In this document: in pieces, positions 1 through 9,607 of the stretch
Position numbering within the stretch: position 1 is the first letter of the stretch
Layout of the letters: every line of letters begins with the position of its first letter
Origin: Thermoproteota archaeon
Lineage (GTDB): Archaea; Korarchaeota; Korarchaeia; Korarchaeales; JAOZGB01
DNA: 64,000 bases
Assembly: GCA_037917685.1 (NCBI GenBank)
Contig: JAVCBU010000012.1
Span: 64,001 to 128,000 of the forward strand
Direction: 5' to 3'
Position numbers and translations under genes: made by a program
Notes under the pieces: generated by a model
Database searches by the model: none
What the model was told of the DNA's origin: nothing
What the model saw: the letters and a program-made list of their open reading frames with translations, nothing else

Positions 1-134
1 CCGGCAAGTGTGAGGAGAAGCCTTGATGCGCTGAACACCCCTTGATGGAAAGCTATCGATGAACCGTAGGCTACTAGGACTACTGACAGAAGCAAGAATT
101 TAGGCCTTGTCTCCTTGACTATGTTAAGGCTCAT
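1..134 (-). CDS. UbiA/MenA-family prenyltransferase, 5' part only (runs off the window; not in the ORF track)
   Basis: Manual minus-strand translation from ATG at 134 gives MSLNIVKETRPKFLLLSVVLVAYGSSIAFHQGVFSASRLLLTLA. The 'TRP.FL' motif followed by a TM helix is typical of UbiA/MenA N-termini. Divergent from a polyprenyl synthase. Confidence 0.7.
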   Translation of the reverse strand, partial: MSLNIVKETRPKFLLLSVVLVAYGSSIAFHQGVFSASRLLLTLA

Positions 135-193
135 TGCAACACCAGGATTTCCAAAGTAATTTTTTAATGTTTTTAACAGCATCGGTATTAAAG

Positions 194-1000
194 ATGCTAC
201 CAGTTAAGCACTACATAGACAGAGCTGAGAACGCCGTAAAGTGGCTTATAAACCTTTACCCCGATAGCGTATTTTCAGAGTCGTTAAAATATGCTATTGA
301 AGGAGGTAAAAGAGTTAGGCCGATCCTTCTTTATTTAGCTCACGAAGCACTCGGAGGCGGCGGAGATCCAGACCCAGCAGCCGCAGCAATAGAGCTTATG
401 CATACAGCTTCCCTCATACATGACGATCTTATCGACGGTGACGTTAACAGAAGAGGGAAGAAATCCTTCCACGTGAAATATGGGGAAACATCTGCTATTC
501 TAATAGCAGACTACATTTTATCTCTTGCATTGAGAGTTGGCTCCATGTATAGTGACAGGAGAATACTATACGAGCTTTCAGAGGCTGCCAGGAGAATGAG
601 TGAGGGTGAAATGTTGGAGTATAGGCTTCTCAGCTCGTCAGATCAGATAGGGTTTGGGTCTTACATTAAGGTAATAGAGTTGAAAACAGCATCCATCTTC
701 AGGGCAGCAGGGAGAATTGGAGCATTAATAGCTGGGGGAGAAGCCAGTGTTGTAGATGCGCTCGGGGAATATGGCAGGATGATTGGACTGGCATACCAAC
801 TTAAAGACGATCTTCTAGACTGGTTCTCCAAGGGGGAAATTTCAACTCTATTAAAACTTGAAAATCCCGGGAAAACTATCGGAAAGATGGCTGTGGAAAT
901 GATATTAACAGCTAAGAGAAAGCTAGACGTCCTCCCGGAGAGCAGGGCTAAAGATATAATGATATACCTTGCTGATTATGCTATCTCAAGAAATGAGTAA
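194..1000 (+). CDS. Polyprenyl diphosphate synthase, probably medium/long-chain
   Basis: GGKRVRP, first Asp-rich motif HTASLIHDDLID..RRG, KT motif, second motif YQLKDDLLD. Ala five residues before the first Asp-rich motif indicates a product longer than C20. ATG at 194 is preferred over the track's TTG at 134, which collides with the divergent gene. Confidence 0.9.
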   Translation: MLPVKHYIDRAENAVKWLINLYPDSVFSESLKYAIEGGKRVRPILLYLAHEALGGGGDPDPAAAAIELMHTASLIHDDLIDGDVNRRGKKSFHVKYGETSAILIADYILSLALRVGSMYSDRRILYELSEAARRMSEGEMLEYRLLSSSDQIGFGSYIKVIELKTASIFRAAGRIGALIAGGEASVVDALGEYGRMIGLAYQLKDDLLDWFSKGEISTLLKLENPGKTIGKMAVEMILTAKRKLDVLPESRAKDIMIYLADYAISRNE

Positions 1001-1386
1001 TGGTTTAAGCAAGGAGGCGTGGATTCAACTTCTTTGATGTAGTAGTCTATTCAATTTCATTTAGGGACGTATTAAGTAGATCCGACACTCTAAGCGAGGC
1101 CCGAAGAATACTAAAGAAAGGTGGTAGAATTGGAATTGTCGAACTGGTGAGACCTGACAGCCGCTTTAAGGCTGCTGTATTGGATTTCTATATAGACCGT
1201 GTGGTACCAATTTTAAGCATCGGCTTTTACGGATCTTTAAACACTCCATGGAGACATCTCTCCCAAACATTGAAATTGATGGATACAGCGAGTGAGATCG
1301 TGAGAAGAATTTCGAAGATGTTTGAAATTGAAGATTATCGTATCTTTTTCGGCTGTCTTTGCTGCCTAGCAGCAAGGAAGGTTTAA
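993..1386 (+). pseudogene. UbiE/MenG-like C-methyltransferase with an internal deletion
   Basis: ATG 993 gives MSNGLSKEAWIQLL* (stop 1035-1037). Another frame, open 1009-1386, gives FDVVVYSISFRDV...LSEARRILKKGGRIGIVELVRP...FYIDRVVP...WRHLSQT, which is the C-terminal half of UbiE/MenG. SAM-binding motif I is absent. Confidence 0.7.
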
Positions 1387-1409
1387 AATTTTAACCTTAT
1401 AGCCTTTCT

Positions 1410-3113
1410 ATGATGACATACGACATCGTCCTCATTCACCCCCCAAGCCTGTTTGACTTTAGGATGCACCCCTCGTATGGTGGCCCTATAAGCGAGGTTA
1501 TCCCATCCCTCTACGTATTTGATATGTACCCATATGGGTTTCTATCACTGGCCTCTCACTTGGAGGACAAAGGATTCAAAGTTGGAATCTTTAATATTGC
1601 ATCTAAAATGCTGTCCAGTAAGCGTTTCGACCCTGTAAGATTCCTAGAAAAACTTGATGCAAAGGTTTACGGTGTCGACCTTCATTGGCTTGTACACTCG
1701 CAGGGGGCACTTAAAACAGCTGAGATAATAAAGAAAAGCCATCCTAATAGTTTGACGTTGCTTGGAGGCTTAACAGCAACATATTACTGGAGAGAAATAC
1801 TTGAAAACTACGACTACGTAGACGCCGTAATGTTGGGTGACACCACCGAACAACCATTAGAACGGTTTCTAGAAATTTTAGACTCTAACGGAAATCTGAA
1901 CAACTGTCCTAACCTGGCTTGGAGGAGTGATAAGGGGATCGTCTTTAACGGTATTCAACACGTCCCATCAGAGTTTAAATATAGAACTGACCCCTCATTG
2001 CTCGTAAGAAACGCTTTAAGAAACAGGGATATTTTCCTCACCGTACCATACTACGGCTTCGTAGAGAAGCCCATCGTTGCTGTACTAACCGTTAAGGGAT
2101 GCATTTATAATTGTATAGGATGCGGAGGGTCCTGCTACACCTATAAGAAGTACTATGGTAGAAGTAGCCCTGCCTTCAAAAATCCTGAGATGATTAGGGA
2201 GGAAGTTGAAGTCTTGGCTGACCTCATTGAAGCCCCAATATTTATAGTTGGAGACCCAACTATCGGCGGTGTTAATTATGCTTCAAAGGTGCTTGAGGCT
2301 ATTATAGATGCAAATGTCCAAAATGAAGTTTTTTTCGAGGTTTTCAAGCCTGTAAATGAGAGTATTCTAAAGTTAATGAGGAAAACATCCGACAGAGTTT
2401 ATATTCAAATATCCCCTGAGAGCCCCTACGAGGATGTTAGGTTCTTGTATGGAAGGAAATACGACAACACAGCCCTTGAGAAGATGATTTCGGAAACTAT
2501 TAAATTAGGGTTTGAGAGGCTTGATCTCTACTTTATGACAGGCCTCCCTGAACAGACCTATGAGAAGGCGCTAGGAGTAGCCAGCTATTATGAGTATCTC
2601 CAAAATAAACTCAAGTGTGGGCGTAAAGTAGATGTCTTCCTTGCACCTTTAGCACCATTTGTCGACCCTGGGAGTATAGTCTACGACAACCCTGAAAAGT
2701 ATGGATATACGATCTTCTGGAGAAGACTCGAAGATTATAGAGTGGCCATCGAACAGCCCTATTGGGGTTTAATGATCAACTATGAAACTAGATGGATGAA
2801 CCGGCCTACCATGGTAAAAGCAACTATCAACGCCTCCCTTCAGCTTGCTAGAACAAAGTACAGGTATAATCTAATCAGTGGGAGGCAATATTACGCGGCA
2901 GTTGAAAGGTTGGAATATGATCTTAAAATATCATCTGAGGCTTTTAGAGGAAGATTTGAAGGGGTTCAAGATTGGTATAGATACGTAACAAAAGAATATG
3001 AGGCTACAGAAGACTTGTACCGTGCTAGAAGCCTTGTTGAGTGCCTGAAGGTTCCACCTCATTTGAAGATTGCTCTAAGGCTGCTGCTTCTTTACTCGAA
3101 GCTCCACGGTTAG
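1410..3113 (+). CDS. B12-binding domain radical SAM protein (TIGR04190/Ta0216-like)
   Basis: N-terminus HPPSLFDFR..GPISEVIPS..FDMYPYGF; DLHWLVH; GGLTAT; CxxxCxxC motif (CIYNCIGC). Confidence 0.85.
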   Translation: MMTYDIVLIHPPSLFDFRMHPSYGGPISEVIPSLYVFDMYPYGFLSLASHLEDKGFKVGIFNIASKMLSSKRFDPVRFLEKLDAKVYGVDLHWLVHSQGALKTAEIIKKSHPNSLTLLGGLTATYYWREILENYDYVDAVMLGDTTEQPLERFLEILDSNGNLNNCPNLAWRSDKGIVFNGIQHVPSEFKYRTDPSLLVRNALRNRDIFLTVPYYGFVEKPIVAVLTVKGCIYNCIGCGGSCYTYKKYYGRSSPAFKNPEMIREEVEVLADLIEAPIFIVGDPTIGGVNYASKVLEAIIDANVQNEVFFEVFKPVNESILKLMRKTSDRVYIQISPESPYEDVRFLYGRKYDNTALEKMISETIKLGFERLDLYFMTGLPEQTYEKALGVASYYEYLQNKLKCGRKVDVFLAPLAPFVDPGSIVYDNPEKYGYTIFWRRLEDYRVAIEQPYWGLMINYETRWMNRPTMVKATINASLQLARTKYRYNLISGRQYYAAVERLEYDLKISSEAFRGRFEGVQDWYRYVTKEYEATEDLYRARSLVECLKVPPHLKIALRLLLLYSKLHG

Positions 3114-5794
3114 TTATGGGGTGTAAGACTAAGTCTCTCTGCAACAAGCTCCACTATATCTTTAGCCTTTGCCTTCACGTTTATCTCGCTTAGTCCTTCA
3201 TTCAATGTTTTAATACATGACGGGCAAGCTGTTATAACTGTCCCAACACCGGTCTCCACTATTTGCTTCGCTCTTTCCTTAGCTATTTTTACAGCTATAT
3301 CATCTCTTACAACCCTCTGGAGGCCGCCTCCACCGCAGCACATCGACTTCTCGTAACTTTGGCCTATCTCCACGAGTTTTAAACCCAGCTCTCTTATTAT
3401 GGTTCTAGGTTCAGAATATATGCCCATATGCCTGCCTAAATCACATGGATCATGGTATGTAACCTCTTTTTCAGCTGTATCTACTGTTTTTATAGCTCCT
3501 TCCCTGATATAGCTTGCTAGTAGCTGGGTTGAATGGAGAACTTCAAAGTTTAATTTTATCCCTAGAAGCCCGGGTATTTCCTTCTTGAAGGTCTTATAGC
3601 ATCCAGCACAGGTGAAGACAACACATTCTGCCCCCCTCTTCTCTATCTCAGCAATATTATGCTCTGCAAACCTTCTGAATCCCTCAACGTCTCCTATGAG
3701 AAGAAGGGGGTATCCGCAGCACCACTCGCCTCCACCTAGTATTGTGAAATCTTCGCCTACGTATTTGAGGATTCTAACCATGGAGTCTGCTATGCCAGCT
3801 AGGCTTCTGAACATAGATGCCTGGCACCCTATGAAATAGACTGTTCTAGCTTTATCTTTCATGACGTCAGCCCGCGATAGTTCGAAGTATTTTATACTTT
3901 TCGCTTTCTCCCCTAGCCTCTTAAGCATTCTAAGGTTGTACCTTGACCTGAACTCTACCCATTTCTCCCTCTCCTTGTTGTTTTTACCAAGAATGTTGTG
4001 GCTATCTTTCAATATTGAGGCGAAATCAAGCATGGTTTTTGGTGTTACCCCGTCATTGAACAGGATACTTCTCAGGTATATCCAGTTCTCTGTTATTGGA
4101 AGGTCTAGGGGACATGATACTTCGCATCTTCCACAGAGGGTGCATATTAGCCTTTGAACGGTTAAGGGGTCCATTTTACCCATGTATTGTGGTGATTTTC
4201 TAACAATGTACCATTTACCTCTTGGACTGTAGGATTCCCAGCCTGTGGCGGTGTAGTGAGGGCAATCGGTAACGCAGGATCCGCACTGTGCACAGGCTAT
4301 GGAAAACCACCGTATGCTTTCCTCTGCGGCTTTAGGCTCCCCGGCTATTTCAAACCCTGTATGTTTAGCTATCAAGCTTGGGACTGACACAAACTTTTCA
4401 GCTAGTTTTATCATTTTGGAAAGCTTGTTCTCCTCTATTACTTTCCCGGGGTTAAATATTCCCTTGGGGTCAACTTTAGACTTGTATTTCTTAAGTCTCC
4501 TAACTCTTTCCCTGCCCAGTACTGTGTCACTATAATGAACAAAGTATACACCTGTTGAGTACGGCGTTCCTCCATGTTTTAAAGCTATCCTGAGAACTTT
4601 TAGCAGCGTCGTGTAGTTCAGGGTATAGCTTAGCTTCCTCTCATCATGCAAAATATAGCCTACTATTACCGCTTTCCTATCCTTTGTTAGGATGCCCTCT
4701 ATGTAGACTGGTTTCCCAACGGCCTCCTCAACTTCTTCTAGGAATAGGTGAAGATTGTCAACTGGGACTGTGGCCTCCACCGGGATGATGGAGGGACCCA
4801 GCCTTTTCGCCTTTAGAACGTTGAATCTCTCATTCCACTCGTGCCTTGCGATTACGTCGGATAGTGGACTTCCCCCCTCCTCATTAACGATTTCCAATAG
4901 TTTATGCTTTACATCTTCCCTACTATTGTCTGAGAGAATGAATAGACATGTGTACCTTTCGGGAATGGATAATGCCTCCGTTCCGTGTTGTAGTAGATTT
5001 TTCAGCTTATTACCGCCAGGGTTAATGAAACTTGCAGACCATACAGGCAGTTTTTCACGGTATACATGGAGGAGGGTATCTCTCAGGCTCTTAGCTGTGT
5101 CAAATGAGAATATGAGGGGGGTATCCTCAGTTTTTCTTCTAACTTTGAATTTCACCCTTGTAATGATTCCCGTTATCCCTTCTGCGTCGCTTACTAGTTC
5201 CAAGTCTTCTCCTGCGAACTCTTTTATCTCCGCCTGTGGGGTGACTACTCTAGCTGATATAACATTCTCCCTAAACCACCCGTACTCGAAGCTTCCTATC
5301 CCAGCTCCCCCCTGAGCTAGCCAGCCAGCAACCGTGGAGGATAATGCGCTTGTAGGGTAAAGCCTCAGGGATAAGCCTTCCATATTGAGGGCTTCCTCAA
5401 TCTTCCACCATATAGCTCCAGCTTCAGCTTCAACTAACAGATTCGCTTTATCGATCATCGTGATTTTAGCCATTCTACTTAGGTCTACGATTATACCCCC
5501 TTTCAGGGGGAAGACGCCCCCGTATCCGGATGTTGCCCTACCCCTCGGCACGAGTGGGATGCCTTTTTCAACAGCTAACTTTACAATGGATACTATTTCA
5601 TCCTCGCTTGTAGGCTGTACAACCGCTGAAGCCTTGAAATCCCCTGTGAATCTCCTAATAACCCCTGGAAGGGCACCTATATCATGGCTGTAAACCTCTG
5701 CCTCCAGCTTTTCAAAGCTAACCCTATCATCGAACAGATTACTCAGCTCACCTACCACTTCACTATCCAGTTCAGCCAATATCCCTCCCATCAC
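3110..5794 (-). CDS. FAD-binding (GlcD/D-lactate dehydrogenase-like) oxidoreductase fused to 2x[4Fe-4S] and CCG (GlcF/HdrD-like) domains
   Basis: VVQP..E, VPRGRATSGYGG, STVAGW, EGITGIIT, DPKGIFNPGK; CAQCGSCVTDCP and CTLCGRCEVSCP; two CCG motifs; YHDPCDLGR. Confidence 0.9.
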   Translation of the reverse strand: MMGGILAELDSEVVGELSNLFDDRVSFEKLEAEVYSHDIGALPGVIRRFTGDFKASAVVQPTSEDEIVSIVKLAVEKGIPLVPRGRATSGYGGVFPLKGGIIVDLSRMAKITMIDKANLLVEAEAGAIWWKIEEALNMEGLSLRLYPTSALSSTVAGWLAQGGAGIGSFEYGWFRENVISARVVTPQAEIKEFAGEDLELVSDAEGITGIITRVKFKVRRKTEDTPLIFSFDTAKSLRDTLLHVYREKLPVWSASFINPGGNKLKNLLQHGTEALSIPERYTCLFILSDNSREDVKHKLLEIVNEEGGSPLSDVIARHEWNERFNVLKAKRLGPSIIPVEATVPVDNLHLFLEEVEEAVGKPVYIEGILTKDRKAVIVGYILHDERKLSYTLNYTTLLKVLRIALKHGGTPYSTGVYFVHYSDTVLGRERVRRLKKYKSKVDPKGIFNPGKVIEENKLSKMIKLAEKFVSVPSLIAKHTGFEIAGEPKAAEESIRWFSIACAQCGSCVTDCPHYTATGWESYSPRGKWYIVRKSPQYMGKMDPLTVQRLICTLCGRCEVSCPLDLPITENWIYLRSILFNDGVTPKTMLDFASILKDSHNILGKNNKEREKWVEFRSRYNLRMLKRLGEKAKSIKYFELSRADVMKDKARTVYFIGCQASMFRSLAGIADSMVRILKYVGEDFTILGGGEWCCGYPLLLIGDVEGFRRFAEHNIAEIEKRGAECVVFTCAGCYKTFKKEIPGLLGIKLNFEVLHSTQLLASYIREGAIKTVDTAEKEVTYHDPCDLGRHMGIYSEPRTIIRELGLKLVEIGQSYEKSMCCGGGGLQRVVRDDIAVKIAKERAKQIVETGVGTVITACPSCIKTLNEGLSEINVKAKAKDIVELVAERLSLTPHN

Positions 5795-5879
5795 TCCTAT
5801 TAGTCAGAAAAAGAAAAAGTTATAGCTGTCAAGGTTTCAGTGATGCATGAATCACATCGAATCTCTATATAACGTGGAA

Positions 5880-7247
5880 TTAAAGCAGACCCATCTTTAA
5901 GATGATTGAATGAAGCCTTGAAACCATGCCTTCTACATTGTTAATTATCACGTCCTCGTTTATATTCTGCATTCTACCTTCAAGTAGTACAGGTGCCCCG
6001 TTAACTATCACACCATCAACATCTGAGGAACACACATGATAAAGGATGAGACTGTAAATATCATATCTAGGCATAAGGTGGGGTTTCCTAAGGTTTATAA
6101 GAACTATATCTGCCTTCTTCCCAGGTTCTATAGTCCCGATTTTATCGCTTAAGCCTAAAGCTCTAGCGCCTGCTATAGTTCCCATTCTTAAAGCATCCAT
6201 GGGGGTTAGTGCCTGTGGATCTCTATAATATGCTTTCTGAACCAGCACGGAATGTCTAAGCGCCTCGATGAACCCCCAGCAGGCCCCTGTACCAAACCCT
6301 ACATTCACTCCGCTGTCTATGAGCTCCCTTATTCTTGCTATGCCACAAGCGTGGAAGCCGTCATCGAAAGCTGTATGCACCAGGGACGCGCCAGTTTCGG
6401 CAAGAAGCGGGTACTCTTCACGGTTAACATGCAAACAGTGAACTAGGTTAGTCTTGCTGCTAAGCATGCCTCTCTCCTTCAAATACTGGATGTATCGGCC
6501 GGCGGTTTTCACCCTTGAAATCTCATACTCTTGCTTTGCAGCGGGAAGGTGGACATGCAACCTTGTACCATGTTTAGAAACAAGCTCCCTAACTTTCTCC
6601 CATCCTTCCACCGATAGAAAGGCTGGTAGAAGAAGAGATACCCATACATCTGTCAGATCTCTCCTAGACCACAGTTTTATGGATTCTTCTATTATTTTAA
6701 TTCTGTCCTCGAATCCTTCGAAAAGCCATTCAGGGTAGCCTATGTCTTCGTCTACATTCTGATCCCCTGCTATTCCCAGCGCAGTAATACACCTTAGACC
6801 GGTAAGTTCTATGTTTTCAATGACTTCTTCAACCTCGTCGAGGCCGAGATATATGTCATAGCAGTTCACAAGGGTTGTAACGCCGGAATGGGCTAGTTCA
6901 ACCGTTGACAGAGCCGTAAGCTTTGATATATCTTGAAATGTAAGCTCTCCAGCTATCGGATATTTAATTCTGCTGATCCATTGATTGTAGTCCAAATTTG
7001 AGCCAAGGGTTCTCATAGCGTTCCTATAGACATTACACTCAAGGTTTATAAGGCCAGGAATAACCACGTGCCCGCGTGCTTTGACAACGAGCTCGGCCTT
7101 CCCGATTATACTTCTGCCTACATGCACTATTTTGTCTCCTTCTATGTAAATGTCTCCTCTGAAAGGCTTATAGCCTTCCCCAAAACCAGGGATTATTTTT
7201 CCACCTTTGATAAGAATAGATTCGTAGGGGCTTTCTACCCTAGCCAC
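5880..7247 (-). CDS. Amidohydrolase-superfamily protein (MTA/SAH deaminase-like) with degenerate metal ligands
   Basis: Fold markers VIPGLIN, GVTT, HCLH and GTIEPGKKADIV are present. HxH is replaced by ECN and GTD by GTG. Confidence 0.8.
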   Translation of the reverse strand: MARVESPYESILIKGGKIIPGFGEGYKPFRGDIYIEGDKIVHVGRSIIGKAELVVKARGHVVIPGLINLECNVYRNAMRTLGSNLDYNQWISRIKYPIAGELTFQDISKLTALSTVELAHSGVTTLVNCYDIYLGLDEVEEVIENIELTGLRCITALGIAGDQNVDEDIGYPEWLFEGFEDRIKIIEESIKLWSRRDLTDVWVSLLLPAFLSVEGWEKVRELVSKHGTRLHVHLPAAKQEYEISRVKTAGRYIQYLKERGMLSSKTNLVHCLHVNREEYPLLAETGASLVHTAFDDGFHACGIARIRELIDSGVNVGFGTGACWGFIEALRHSVLVQKAYYRDPQALTPMDALRMGTIAGARALGLSDKIGTIEPGKKADIVLINLRKPHLMPRYDIYSLILYHVCSSDVDGVIVNGAPVLLEGRMQNINEDVIINNVEGMVSRLHSIILKMGLL

Positions 7248-7361
7248 AATGCATCAATCATCATAACGACATCTTACACTTAATGGTTTCAATGCGTGTT
7301 TTTCAACAGGTGACATCGAATTTAGAATATTTATAAACCATAAGGCAGTATTCAATCAGAG

Positions 7362-7796
7362 ATGGCTACCGTAAAAATTGATGATGTAGACATGAAGATC
7401 ATCGAGATGCTGTCTAAAGACAGTAGGCTTCCCTATAGGAGGATGGCTGAAGAGCTTGGTATGAGCCCCATGGCTGTGGTAAAAAGAGTTAGGAGGCTTA
7501 AAAAGCTTGGAATAATTAAAGCGTTTACCATAGCGTTGGATTTTGACAAGCTGGGAGAGTGCATGTTACATTTAATGGTTAAAGTGAATGCCAAGTATGA
7601 CCCTGAGGAGGTTGCTTTGAAGCTTAGCCACATGCAGAACGTTCTTTGTGCTTATTATTTAATGGGCCAGTATGATATTAGCCTAATCGTTAAGTGTGCT
7701 GGAAGGACAAGCATACCCCTAGCCATGAAAAAACTTAAGGATGTGGAGGGGATCGATTATATAACGGCATCTCTAGTTCTAAAGCAGTTGAAATAG
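7362..7796 (+). CDS. Lrp/AsnC family transcriptional regulator
   Basis: IDDVDMKIIEMLSKDSRLPYRRMAEELGMS..V..RVRRLKKLGII HTH; C-terminal GQYD RAM domain. Confidence 0.92.
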   Translation: MATVKIDDVDMKIIEMLSKDSRLPYRRMAEELGMSPMAVVKRVRRLKKLGIIKAFTIALDFDKLGECMLHLMVKVNAKYDPEEVALKLSHMQNVLCAYYLMGQYDISLIVKCAGRTSIPLAMKKLKDVEGIDYITASLVLKQLK

Positions 7797-9011
7797 CTAT
7801 AGCAAACCTGTAAACATAAGGCTAGCGAATATCAACATGGTAGAAAGAACATCTGACACCGAAGTTACAACCGGGATAACAAAGTGATCGGGATCCCAGC
7901 CTCTCCTGAATGTGCCGAAGGCCACTACCAGGGCTAGAGCTGAGATAGCTATAAAACCAATCACGTTGTTAAACAATGATATCGCCAGTAGCAGTCTAAA
8001 ATCTGCCGGGATACCTGTCATCTTACAAAATGTAGAGCCGAGAAAGGCGTACAGGCTGTAAACCGGGATGGCTGAAGCCTCTATCAAGGCAAAATTTTTA
8101 AACATTGATTTAACATAGCTTATCCCAGATCCTGCAATTCCAAGGGCAATCTGAGTTGTAGCCACCGAGCCAAGGATTGAACCTAGCGCTCCTAGGCTAC
8201 TCATAAGAGCCGGATAAATCACCAGCACCTCAGACCTAGCCTCCAGGACGTCTCGAACCCTTGCAAGTGCAACACCACTAAAAGTGGCAAGAAAGCTGGA
8301 AAAAAGGACTGACGGGGCTCCCTGCTTCACGCATGTTATGAACGTTTCCTCGCCACGTCTTGTATACAGGTAGTATAAAACAAGCAGAGTGCTGAATGTG
8401 AAGATTAACAATAAGATTTCCATGTAACCATTTAAGGCTAGGGAGGCAATAGTCGTATACAGAGCTGAAACGGTTATATCGTTTACAGTAGCCATAGCTG
8501 GATAAACCAGATAATCCGGATCTAAGCCAAGCCTAAACGTGCCTGAAGCCATCAACGTTGTAAGGGGGTTTGTTATGGACACCGTTAGAATGCATGTTAC
8601 CGCTGGAATTATACCGTAGAAGACGAGGTCTCCCAGGGAGGCTTGCCCGACCATTAGATTGAAAGCGTAGGATATCAAGCTTATCCCCACTGAATCTACA
8701 ATGGTTAATACTATTACAGCTCTAACAAGGTTGTAGTATTCCCCAGTATTCCCCCTCAAGGAAGGCCTTGCTGTCCCTATATGCAGCATCGTAGTGATCC
8801 TTCCAGAGAATATTCCACTTATGTCTCCCCTAACCGTAAGGATAGGCGGTAACAGAGCGATAAACCACGGATAAGAGACAAGTGGAGACTTAGAGGACAC
8901 GATAAATCTTCCAGCTAGCAGCCCGCCCAGGTTGAACAGCAAAGCAACCATGGTATGTAACATCGTGCTTGCTACTCTCCTTAACATTCTCCCATCTATC
9001 ATTGGAGACAC
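7797..9011 (-). CDS. mgtE: MgtE-type divalent cation transporter (duplicated membrane domain)
   Basis: Two repeats of the P.....G..S / G.DPD...P...TV.D motifs (GLDPDYLVYPAMATVND; GWDPDHFVIPVVTSVSD); about 10 TM helices. Confidence 0.85.
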   Translation of the reverse strand: MSPMIDGRMLRRVASTMLHTMVALLFNLGGLLAGRFIVSSKSPLVSYPWFIALLPPILTVRGDISGIFSGRITTMLHIGTARPSLRGNTGEYYNLVRAVIVLTIVDSVGISLISYAFNLMVGQASLGDLVFYGIIPAVTCILTVSITNPLTTLMASGTFRLGLDPDYLVYPAMATVNDITVSALYTTIASLALNGYMEILLLIFTFSTLLVLYYLYTRRGEETFITCVKQGAPSVLFSSFLATFSGVALARVRDVLEARSEVLVIYPALMSSLGALGSILGSVATTQIALGIAGSGISYVKSMFKNFALIEASAIPVYSLYAFLGSTFCKMTGIPADFRLLLAISLFNNVIGFIAISALALVVAFGTFRRGWDPDHFVIPVVTSVSDVLSTMLIFASLMFTGLL

Positions 9012-9263
9012 CCTGGGCAGGCATTAAACTACTCATAACGGATAGAGTAGGGACTTGAATGTTTTTAAAGGTAACTTCAAATAAAAAGAGACTTTACAGG
9101 TATGGATGGGAGACTGAGCTTGTACTTACGGAGGATCCCACATCAACCAGCTATCTTTTCGGATACCATAGTAGCCCGCCTACGGGAGCTAGCAACATTC
9201 TACACCCTCCTATATTTTAAGCTTGCGGGTTTGCTGGGTTAGGTCTTCGAAGCCAAGGTAAGG

Positions 9264-9533
9264 ATGCCTGTCTGGTGGATGGTTAACGTTATAGATATGC
9301 CTATAAAGGTTGTAGAGTGGGCTGGTGTCGAGCAGATAGTCTCCGAGGACAGGGAGATTTTTGAAAGTGCTCTTATGGAGCTGGAGAAGGCTGGCGAGGA
9401 GTATGCTAATGCTCCGGTGCTCTACAGGCTGGTTGCCTTTGCGGTCTACAACTATAGGACTGGGGAGGCTAGGCTATACCATCTAACCTACGAGAGGAGA
9501 TCATACACGGCTAAGGCGCGTGCTTTTCCCTAG
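9264..9533 (+). CDS. Small hypothetical protein
   Basis: Protein-like composition, not overlapping another gene; no family recognised. Confidence 0.5.
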   Translation: MPVWWMVNVIDMPIKVVEWAGVEQIVSEDREIFESALMELEKAGEEYANAPVLYRLVAFAVYNYRTGEARLYHLTYERRSYTAKARAFP

Positions 9534-9607
9534 ACCTATTTTCTAGGCATGCTGATAGGGTTAGAAGGTAGGGATCATGGTGCTACGGTGGGCTTCGTGG
9601 ACGAAAA

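Noticed and set aside
134-193. N-terminal extension of the polyprenyl synthase given in the ORF track
   Set aside because: The TTG start collides with the divergent gene's ATG, and the segment is AT-rich and promoter-like. ATG 194 is more plausible.
4755-5315. 186-aa plus-strand ORF and similar short ORFs inside 3110..5794
   Set aside because: Antisense shadows of the well-supported oxidoreductase gene.
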